The notes below the pieces were generated by a model. The model did not search any database and was not told the DNA's origin. It saw only the letters and a program-made list of their open reading frames with translations. A DNA stretch of 64,000 nucleotides. It comes from an uncultured Acidimicrobiaceae bacterium (GTDB taxonomy: Bacteria; Actinomycetota; Acidimicrobiia; Acidimicrobiales; RAAP-2). Made by a program: the position numbers and the translations under genes. Location of the stretch: contig CAVTTK010000006.1 of assembly GCA_963737625.1 (NCBI GenBank), positions 181,003 to 245,002 on the forward strand. Reading direction: 5' to 3'. Positions 1 through 7,273 of this stretch are shown here, piece after piece; within the stretch, counting starts at the first letter, position 1; each line of letters begins with the position of its first letter.

Positions 1-1
1 A

Positions 2-154
2 CCGAAGAAGCGCTACGGCCCGACGCTGTTCAAGATCGTGCAACTGCGCAACAACGTCCCACCTTCCTCGGCGTGTCAGTTGACCTCCCAGGGCAAGGCG
101 CAGGGAACGTGCTGGGTAACCGTGAAGCCCTTTGCCCCGTTACCGACGGGCTGA
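2..154 (+). CDS. 3' end of an unidentified protein gene (partial, starts outside the window)
   Basis: Hand translation of frame 2 gives ...PKKRYGPTLFKIVQLRNNVPPSSACQLTSQGKAQGTCWVTVKPFAPLPTG then TGA at 152-154. No recognisable family. Confidence 0.3.
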   Translation, partial: PKKRYGPTLFKIVQLRNNVPPSSACQLTSQGKAQGTCWVTVKPFAPLPTG

Positions 155-258
155 CCCACGGCCTCTGGCCTACCCGTGCTGACCCACGGCCTCTGGCCTA
201 CCCGTGCTGACCCACGGCCTCTGGCCTACCCGTGCTGACCCACGGCCTCTGGCCTACC
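151..258. repeat. Perfect 28-bp tandem repeat, 3 full copies plus a 24-nt partial copy
   Basis: Unit ctgacccacggcctctggcctacccgtg at 151-178, 179-206 and 207-234, with a partial copy at 235-258. Read directly from the sequence. Confidence 0.95.
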
Positions 259-307
259 ATGTCGCCATCGTGACCCGGGACACCCCCTCCGATCTCCCCT
301 GCCGTCC

Positions 308-1774
308 ATGAACGTCGGACACGCCACCGACGCCCCCCTGGCGGCCGTCCCTGACCGGGTGGCCTTGGTGGTGGACGGCGAGGCGCTCACCTACCGCCAG
401 CTGGAGCACCGCATCCGACAGGTGGAGACAGCGCTCGCGGCCGCCGGCGTGGGCCCCGGTGACCGGGTGGCGTTGGTCAACCTGGGAAGCGCCCTCTCGG
501 TGGCGACGATCTTCGGTGCGGCCCGGTTGGGTGCGGCGACCGCTCAGATGAACGCCTACCTGACGCCCGGCGAGTTGGGCCAGCTGGCCGAGCTCACCGG
601 GACCCGGTTCGGTGTGGCCGGCGACCGCTATGCCGAGAGCCTGCGATCGGTCCTCGACGGACCGGTCCTCGTCGAGCAGGAGGTGTTCAGCGCCGAGGTG
701 GACGAGGAGCGCAGGCCGGCCAGCGTCGGTCGGGATGAGGACACCGCCCTGGTGCTGTTCACCAGCGGAACCACCGGGCTCCCCAAGCCCATCCCCATCA
801 GCCACGGGGTCGTCGCCGACCGGCTGGCCTTCTACTCCAAGCCCATCGATCCCGAGGTCCCGCAGGTCGTCGACATGATGTCGGCCCCCATCTTCCACAT
901 CGCCGGGACGCTCGGACTGTTCGTCTCACTGCACCAAGGCAAGCAGATGGTCCTCCTGCCCAAGTTCGACCCGGGCCAGTGGCTGGCCCTCGTCGAACGG
1001 CACCGTGTGGCCCAGACCTTCGTGGTGCCCACCATGCTTCGTCGCATCCTCGACCATCCGGACTTCGACAGCACCGATCTGACCTCGCTCCGGTCGCTGA
1101 GCTACGGGGCCGCCGCCGCTCCGGTCGACCTGGTCCGCCGGGCTGTAGCCACCTTCCCGACCGTCGACTTCTCCAACACCTTCGGCCAGACCGAGACTCT
1201 GGGCGCCTACGCCGCCCTGACCCCCGAGGACCACCGGCGCGGCGACCGGTTCGACTCCGTCGGGCGCCCATTGGTCGGCGTGGACCTGAAGATCGTGGAT
1301 CCCGGCACCGACCGAGAGGTGGCGCCGGGAGAGGTGGGCGAGTTCGTGGTGCGGGCCGACCAGAACACCACCACCGAGTGGCTGCACACCGGCGACACCG
1401 GCCGGCAGGACGACGAGGGCTATCTCTACCTGGTCGGCCGACTCTCCGACACCATCAACCGCGGAGGGGAGAAGTTCGGCCCCATCGAGGTGGAGGAGGT
1501 CCTCCGCGCCCATCCCAGCGTGGTCGATGCCGGGGCGGTGGGAGTACCCGATCCCGAACTCGGTGAGCGGGTCGGAGCCATGGTGGTGGTGTCCGAGCCG
1601 GTCTCGATCGAAACGCTGCTACGCCACTGCGCCTCGGAGCTGGCCACCTACAAGGTCCCCGAATATCTCCAGTTCACCGACGAGCTGCCGGTCACCGTGC
1701 TGGGCAAGCCGGACCGCCTGGCCCTCCGGGCCCGGCTCGGTGACGCCGAGCGGGTTGGACGGATCCCGTCCTGA
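308..1774 (+). CDS. AMP-dependent acyl-CoA synthetase/ligase (FadD-like)
   Basis: 488-aa ORF with the AMP-binding motif TSGTTGLPKP and a C-terminal GEKF...YKVP region typical of the adenylate-forming superfamily. Confidence 0.9.
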   Translation: MNVGHATDAPLAAVPDRVALVVDGEALTYRQLEHRIRQVETALAAAGVGPGDRVALVNLGSALSVATIFGAARLGAATAQMNAYLTPGELGQLAELTGTRFGVAGDRYAESLRSVLDGPVLVEQEVFSAEVDEERRPASVGRDEDTALVLFTSGTTGLPKPIPISHGVVADRLAFYSKPIDPEVPQVVDMMSAPIFHIAGTLGLFVSLHQGKQMVLLPKFDPGQWLALVERHRVAQTFVVPTMLRRILDHPDFDSTDLTSLRSLSYGAAAAPVDLVRRAVATFPTVDFSNTFGQTETLGAYAALTPEDHRRGDRFDSVGRPLVGVDLKIVDPGTDREVAPGEVGEFVVRADQNTTTEWLHTGDTGRQDDEGYLYLVGRLSDTINRGGEKFGPIEVEEVLRAHPSVVDAGAVGVPDPELGERVGAMVVVSEPVSIETLLRHCASELATYKVPEYLQFTDELPVTVLGKPDRLALRARLGDAERVGRIPS

Positions 1775-1806
1775 ACCCGGCGCCACCGGCCGCTGTTCCC
1801 GAGAGG

Positions 1807-3480
1807 TCAGGCCGGCGGACCTGACCCCAGCTTCACCGAGGCACTGTGGGTCTGGCCGGACTGGTCGCTCCACTGGAGCTGCACGGTGTCACCGGGGTGC
1901 TCCGGCTCCAGCAGGTTGCTGAGGTCGGACGGCGAGGAGACGGTGGTTCCGTTGAGGCTGGTGATGGTGTCCCCCACCACTACCCCGGCCTGCCCGGCGA
2001 CCGAGCCCGAGAGCACCTGGGACACCACGGCGCCCGAGGAGTTGGAGCTGCTGCCCGAGCCACCGAAGCTGCCCGAGCTGCCGAAGCTTCCCGAACTGCC
2101 CGACGAAGACCCTCCCACGCCGACCCCGAGAAATGCTGTGGGTCCGATGTGAATGGTCGAGGAGGCCTGCCCGGCCTCGATCTTCTTGGCCACCGAGAGG
2201 GCCGTGCCGATTGGGATGGCGTAGGCCTGGCTGGCCACATCCTGGTAGCCGGAGGCCGATGAGGCCGCGGTGTCCATACCGATGACCTGGCCTTGGGCAT
2301 TGACCAAGGAGCCACCCGAGTCACCGGGCTGGATGCCGGCGTTGATCTCGATGAGGCCACTCAGGTTCTCCGCGTTGCCACCACCGTCGTCGCTGGCCGT
2401 GATGGACTGGTTCAGAGCGGTGATCGACCCTCCGGCCGCACTGGGCGTACCTCCGGTGCCGCCGGCATTGCCGACGCCCACGACGGCCTGGCCCACCGCC
2501 GCCGCACCACTGGCGGTGGTGACCGTCTGAAGGCCACTGGCGCCGGACAGCTTGATGACGGCGATGTCCCCGGTCCGGTCGTAGCCGACCACGCTGGCCG
2601 AGTACGTCTTGCCGTTCCCCACGTCGGTCACACTGATACTGGTCGCCCCGTCGATCACGTGGTTGTTGGTCAGGACCTCACCCGTGGAGGTCAGCACCAT
2701 TCCGGTGCCGGCGGCCTGCTCGTTCTGGTAGCTGAGGTTGGTGTTGATGTCCACCAGGCCGGGCGAGACCTTGGCGGCGATGGCCGAGATGTCCGAGGGC
2801 GCACCGGCACCGGCGGACGTACTGCCCGAGGAGCCCGACGAGCCGGAGCCGAACGACGGGGAGCCGCTGCCCGACGAGCCGGAGCCGAACGGGTTGGAAC
2901 CGCTGCCCGACGAGCCGGAACCGAACGGGGAGGACCCGCTCCCCGAGCCTCCGGTGCTACCGCCCGCGCCCGCCGAGGGGCTGAGCGCTGACGAGGTCGT
3001 GGAGGATGTGGGCCACACGGCATGACCGAGCCCCACGCCGGCCACCACAGCTACCACGACGACCACGGCGGCCAGCGATGCGGCCAGGCCGCTCCGCTTC
3101 TTCGACGGGCCGGTCGACGCCGGCGGTACCGGTGCGCCCGCCGGCGGCCATCCCAGATAGCCCGGCACGCCACCGGTGGCGGCACCGGGTCCCCAGGCGG
3201 ACTGGGGAGGCGGGGCCCAGGTGCCCGCAGGCGGCGTCGGCGGGCCCCACCCCAGCGTCGGCTGCTCCCCCGTCGGGGCGTAGCTGCCGCTGGGATCCCA
3301 GTGGCCCGGTGCCCCTCCCACCGGCGGAAGGGGGATGGCCCTGCCGTAGCGCGGGTCGCCATCGGTCCCGCCGGAGGCGGCTACCGGCCCGGGCGTCGGG
3401 ACGTCGGGGGTGACGGCCTCGGCCGGGGCCGGCGGCGTCGTGGGGTCCACCGGCATCTTCGGGTCCCAGTACTCGCTCAT
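1807..3480 (-). CDS. Membrane-anchored HtrA/DegP-family trypsin-like serine protease with a C-terminal PDZ domain
   Basis: Catalytic triad contexts LTNNHVI, GDIAVIKL and GDSGGS. PDZ-like GVVVGDTITSLNGTTV. Pro-rich N-terminus, one TM segment (LAASLAAVVVVVAVVAGVGL) and Ser/Gly linkers. The ATG at 3480 (MSEYWD) follows gaaggtgga; the ORF track starts 9 nt upstream at a GTG. Confidence 0.9.
   Translation of the reverse strand: MSEYWDPKMPVDPTTPPAPAEAVTPDVPTPGPVAASGGTDGDPRYGRAIPLPPVGGAPGHWDPSGSYAPTGEQPTLGWGPPTPPAGTWAPPPQSAWGPGAATGGVPGYLGWPPAGAPVPPASTGPSKKRSGLAASLAAVVVVVAVVAGVGLGHAVWPTSSTTSSALSPSAGAGGSTGGSGSGSSPFGSGSSGSGSNPFGSGSSGSGSPSFGSGSSGSSGSTSAGAGAPSDISAIAAKVSPGLVDINTNLSYQNEQAAGTGMVLTSTGEVLTNNHVIDGATSISVTDVGNGKTYSASVVGYDRTGDIAVIKLSGASGLQTVTTASGAAAVGQAVVGVGNAGGTGGTPSAAGGSITALNQSITASDDGGGNAENLSGLIEINAGIQPGDSGGSLVNAQGQVIGMDTAASSASGYQDVASQAYAIPIGTALSVAKKIEAGQASSTIHIGPTAFLGVGVGGSSSGSSGSFGSSGSFGGSGSSSNSSGAVVSQVLSGSVAGQAGVVVGDTITSLNGTTVSSPSDLSNLLEPEHPGDTVQLQWSDQSGQTHSASVKLGSGPPA
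2834..2941 (-). repeat. Three tandem 36-nt units inside the HtrA gene, encoding 12-aa Ser/Gly repeats
   Basis: Units at 2834-2869, 2870-2905 and 2906-2941 (cccgacgagccggagccgaacg...). They translate on the minus strand to GSGSxPFGSGSSG-type repeats. Confidence 0.9.
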
Positions 3481-3935
3481 CAATTCCACCTTCCGCTTCT
3501 GCGTAGTTCCGAGGCCAACCGCCCCGTTGGCGGCCCGACCTCACGACACCATTGGAGGCCAAGGGGGTAAGGACACCATCAACTCCCCATATGAAGATCG
3601 TAAATTCGCAGGACACGGTGGCCGGGCCAGGCGACATCGGCGTGCCCGGACCACCCGAAGGTTCGGGCTCGACGGGATGCACGGTGGGGGCTCGGGACCG
3701 CCGGTGCCGATGGTGTCCGACTCGCCGGCTCCGTCGTCCGGTTCGGGCCTGGTGCGGGTCCTCAGGAGGCCCGCCGACGATTTGCAACCGGTAGTTGCAA
3801 TTCACGGTGACGTCCCCCGGAACCTCCGGGCGGCAGACCCGCACCCGGGTGCAGAGGCGACGCTGGTGCCCGCGCCGGCCGGTGACGAAAGGAGCGGGCG
3901 ATCCAACCTACGGTCGGGCGTCGGATCACCGAGCA

Positions 3936-4703
3936 TCAGGAGATGGGCGCATTGCCCCCGTCGACCATGACGGTCATGCCGGTCACGTAGCCGGCCTCGT
4001 CCGACAGCAGGAACCGGACCACCGGGCCCACGTCGTCCACCGGACGACCCAGTCGACCGAGCGGGTGCCCACCGAGCACCCGCTCGGCCATGGTGTGATC
4101 GGCGGCCATGGCCGTGGTCATGGCCGGCGATTCAGCCAGCGGAGCGACGCAGTTGACGCGCACGCCGTCTCGGCCCCACTCCCGGGCCCACGACCGGGCC
4201 AGCCCCCGGACGGCCCCTTTGACGGCGGCGTAGGGTGCCAGCCGCAGCGAGCCCCCGAAGCCGGCCTCCGAGGTGAGCAGCACCAGACTGCCCCGACTGG
4301 TCACCAGGTGGGGATAGGCGTGGTGGGCCAGCAAGTAGGCACCGCGGACGGAGACGGCCACGTGATCCCGGAGGTGGTCCAGCGGGATCTCGGCGGGGAC
4401 CACCGGGACAGGTGAGCGACCGCTGGTGGCGTTGTGCACCGCCCCGGTCAGCCGGCCCTCCCGGTCCACCACGGCGGCCACGGCGGCGGCCACCGAGTCA
4501 CCATCTGCCACATCGCAGTCGATGAACTCGCCCCGTCCGCCGGCTGCGGTGACCTCGTCGGCCACCTGCCGGCCCTCGGCCCGGCGACGGGCTGCCACCC
4601 AGACCGACCAGCCGGCGGAACCGCAGGCGATGGCGATGCCCCGGCCCACGCCACCGCTGGCCCCCGTGACCAGGATGACCGGTGGGGCCCCGGCGTCCGT
4701 CAC
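3936..4703 (-). CDS. SDR-family oxidoreductase
   Basis: VILVTGASGGVGRGIA (TGxxxGxG) and YAAVK (YxxxK). GTG start at 4703 (VTDAGAPP...); the upstream 200 codons of the track ORF are Arg/Gly-rich read-through. Confidence 0.85.
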   Translation of the reverse strand: MTDAGAPPVILVTGASGGVGRGIAIACGSAGWSVWVAARRRAEGRQVADEVTAAGGRGEFIDCDVADGDSVAAAVAAVVDREGRLTGAVHNATSGRSPVPVVPAEIPLDHLRDHVAVSVRGAYLLAHHAYPHLVTSRGSLVLLTSEAGFGGSLRLAPYAAVKGAVRGLARSWAREWGRDGVRVNCVAPLAESPAMTTAMAADHTMAERVLGGHPLGRLGRPVDDVGPVVRFLLSDEAGYVTGMTVMVDGGNAPIS

Positions 4704-5308
4704 GAGTCCTCGACCACCCGGATCACGGCGGTGTTCACTCCGGGAGCGTCGGTGGCGAGCAGCATCTCCACCGCCCCGACCACGCCGGTCACCACATCGG
4801 CGGCCACGGTGTCCCCCGGTCCACCCAGTCGGGCCGATGTGGACACCACCTGGACCCGGACGCGACGGGGACGGTGCACGAGGGCCAGGGACCGGGCCAT
4901 GACCTCGACGGCGTCCGCCACGGCCGATTCGAGGGCCCAGCCGGCGGACCGCTTGCCCTCGGGCCGCTCCGTGACCGCCACCACCTGGCCGCCGTCGGCA
5001 CAACGGTCGCAGGCCGCGGCGAGGGCGCAGAACCAGAGGGCAAAGGGGGTCTCGAGGCGGGCCGACCACTCCTCGAGGCCGAGGTGGACCACGGAGGACG
5101 GCTTCATCGCCCCGGGCCACACCGCCACCACCAGGTGGGCCACCGGTGGGGCCGATCGTTGGTCCTCCCGCCATGTCTCGATGACGTGGCCCTCGGACCA
5201 GGCCGGGTCGAGGATGACGGGCGGCAACTCGTCCAGCGTGGCCCCGAGCCCCTCGGCGATGGGGCGCGCCGCAGCGGTGCCCACCACCACGACCGGATGC
5301 CCGGTCAT
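4700..5308 (-). CDS. Rossmann-like protein resembling a catalytically degenerate SDR, translationally coupled to the downstream SDR
   Basis: MTGHPVVVVGTAAARPIAEG... has SDR-like length and beta-alpha pattern but contains no tyrosine at all, so it has no YxxxK. Its stop overlaps the GTG of the next gene (GTGA at 4700-4703). High GC3. Confidence 0.55.
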   Translation of the reverse strand: MTGHPVVVVGTAAARPIAEGLGATLDELPPVILDPAWSEGHVIETWREDQRSAPPVAHLVVAVWPGAMKPSSVVHLGLEEWSARLETPFALWFCALAAACDRCADGGQVVAVTERPEGKRSAGWALESAVADAVEVMARSLALVHRPRRVRVQVVSTSARLGGPGDTVAADVVTGVVGAVEMLLATDAPGVNTAVIRVVEDS

Positions 5309-5407
5309 GTCGTCCCCCTCCGGACACCATTCATGCCCCCGGGATAGCACAACCCCGCGTGGCGGAACCCGGGACGACCATCGGCGCAGACGGTGGGCCG
5401 GGACGGT

Positions 5408-5683
5408 TCAGCGACGGAGACGCGCGGTGACCGACTCGGGCCAGCAGCCGGCGCACAGGGCCTCACGGCTGTCCGGGTCGAACCAGGCCCCCCGCCCGGG
5501 ATGGATCCATCCCCCACAATTGAGGCAGACCTCGATGGCCGGACGGGATCCGAACCAGGACCGCGGGCCCAACGGACGTATCCCGGCCACGGTGACCGCC
5601 CGCCAAGGGGCGGCGGACGGGGACGCCCCGTCGTCGGTGTGGGGCTCGATCCACCAGTCCGGTCTCCCGTGCACCATGGCCAT
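5408..5683 (-). CDS. Small hypothetical protein with a CxxC...CxxC zinc-ribbon-like motif
   Basis: 91 aa with high GC3 in this frame and the motifs CLNCGG...CAGCW. Divergent from the P450 gene. Confidence 0.45.
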   Translation of the reverse strand: MAMVHGRPDWWIEPHTDDGASPSAAPWRAVTVAGIRPLGPRSWFGSRPAIEVCLNCGGWIHPGRGAWFDPDSREALCAGCWPESVTARLRR

Positions 5684-5806
5684 CGCCGTGCCGCCTCAGC
5701 CTCGTCCTGTTCCGTTGCCGGCCCAGGCCGACACTTGATCATCGGCATCGCCGGTGGCCGCCTTGACCTCCTGATCCAGCCGTCACCAGGCCGTAGGCTC
5801 GGCGCC

Positions 5807-7108
5807 ATGGCCGCGTCCGCACCCCTGGTCGACCCGGCGGCTCCAACCGTGCGCGGCCTCCTTCCCTGGGTACGCGGTGGCCTCGGGCTGCTGTCCGACC
5901 CCACCGCCTTCTTCGCCCGGCAACGACAGCGACACGGCGACACGTTCATGGTCGAGGCCTTCGGACACCATCTCTTCTGCGTCTTCTCACCCGAGGGCGT
6001 TCGCTCGCTCTACGCCCAACCCGAGGATCAGGCCAGCTTCGGGATCGCCACCTACCAGCTGATCAAGGCCAAGGTCCCCGTGGAGTTACTGCTCGGTCGG
6101 CGCAACCACCCGAAGACCCTGTTCGGGAGTCAACGGGTCGAGGGCTACCTGGACCACCTGCACCGCGCCGTCGACCTCGAGCTGGCCCGGCTCGGGCCGT
6201 CGGGTACGTTCGAGGTCTTCAGCGAGATGCGGCGCCTCGGTCACCGGCTGGGCCTGGCATCGTGGGCGGGGAGCGAAGCGGCCTCGGACCCGTACGTGGA
6301 GCGGCTCATCCCCCTGTTCGACCGGCTGGACAGTTCCGAGTCCTTCGTGCGACCGGGGCAGGCCGCGCTGACCTGGGCCACCGGCAAGCGACGCGAGTGG
6401 GCGGCCATGGCCGGGATCGAGCAGATCTTCACCGAGATCATCCAGGCCCGGTCGGGGCGTCCCCCGGTCGACGACTTCCTGACCCAGATCCTCGAGTCCT
6501 ACGGCGACCTGGCCGATGACGAGCGGGCAGTGGCCGTCGCTCGGGACGTGATCGTCATCCATATGGGCTCGCAGTCCAACCTCTACGCCGCCCTGGCCTG
6601 GACCCTCATCAATCTGGTGCAGCGCCCGGAGTTGGCCGAGCGGGTGCGACGGGGTGACGACGACCTCCTCGACCGCTGCGCCAATGAGTCGATACGGATG
6701 GCCCAGCGGTCCATCACCCTGCGCCAGGTGCTCACACCCATCGAGGTGGACACCGGAGCCGGTGCCTACCGACTCGACCCTGGGGTCCTCCTCTGCACCA
6801 TGCTGTCGTCCCACAACACCTCGGCCGCCCCGGGCCTCGACCGCTTCGACCCCGACCACTACGAGGGCCGGCGCCTCTCGACACGGGTGCCGCTCCCGAC
6901 CAAGGAGATGGTCAGTACCTTCGGCCACGGGGTGCACTCCTGCCCGGCGGCCCGCTTCTCCATCTCGGCCATCCGGGTGGCCACCCGCGGGCTCCTCGAA
7001 CGGTACGACCTGACCCCCCGGTTCACCGACGCCGTGCCCCGTCGGCGCCAGATCGGCGGGGTGGCCCGCTCGGCCCGGCCCTGCCGCGTCAGCTACCGCC
7101 GGCACTGA
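5807..7108 (+). CDS. Cytochrome P450
   Basis: ExxR (ESIRM) and heme-thiolate loop FGHGVHSCPAARF. The ATG at 5807 (MAASAPLVDP...) gives a 433-aa protein; the upstream part of the track ORF overlaps the antisense zinc-ribbon ORF. Confidence 0.85.
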   Translation: MAASAPLVDPAAPTVRGLLPWVRGGLGLLSDPTAFFARQRQRHGDTFMVEAFGHHLFCVFSPEGVRSLYAQPEDQASFGIATYQLIKAKVPVELLLGRRNHPKTLFGSQRVEGYLDHLHRAVDLELARLGPSGTFEVFSEMRRLGHRLGLASWAGSEAASDPYVERLIPLFDRLDSSESFVRPGQAALTWATGKRREWAAMAGIEQIFTEIIQARSGRPPVDDFLTQILESYGDLADDERAVAVARDVIVIHMGSQSNLYAALAWTLINLVQRPELAERVRRGDDDLLDRCANESIRMAQRSITLRQVLTPIEVDTGAGAYRLDPGVLLCTMLSSHNTSAAPGLDRFDPDHYEGRRLSTRVPLPTKEMVSTFGHGVHSCPAARFSISAIRVATRGLLERYDLTPRFTDAVPRRRQIGGVARSARPCRVSYRRH

Positions 7109-7273
7109 TGCCGGCCCCGCCGTCGTCGACGGCGTACCGGTCCCGCCCGGGGGCACGGGTCCGATCGACACCGGAACGGGCCCACCGGTATCGTCACTCC
7201 CGGTGACACAATGTTCCCACCCCGGCCGGGTCGCCCACCCGACCATCGACCCGTGCACCAGCGAGGGACCGAC

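Noticed and set aside
151-258. Whether the 28-bp repeat array could be a CRISPR array.
   Set aside because: The copies are directly adjacent with no spacers, and there are no cas genes in the window. It is a plain tandem repeat.
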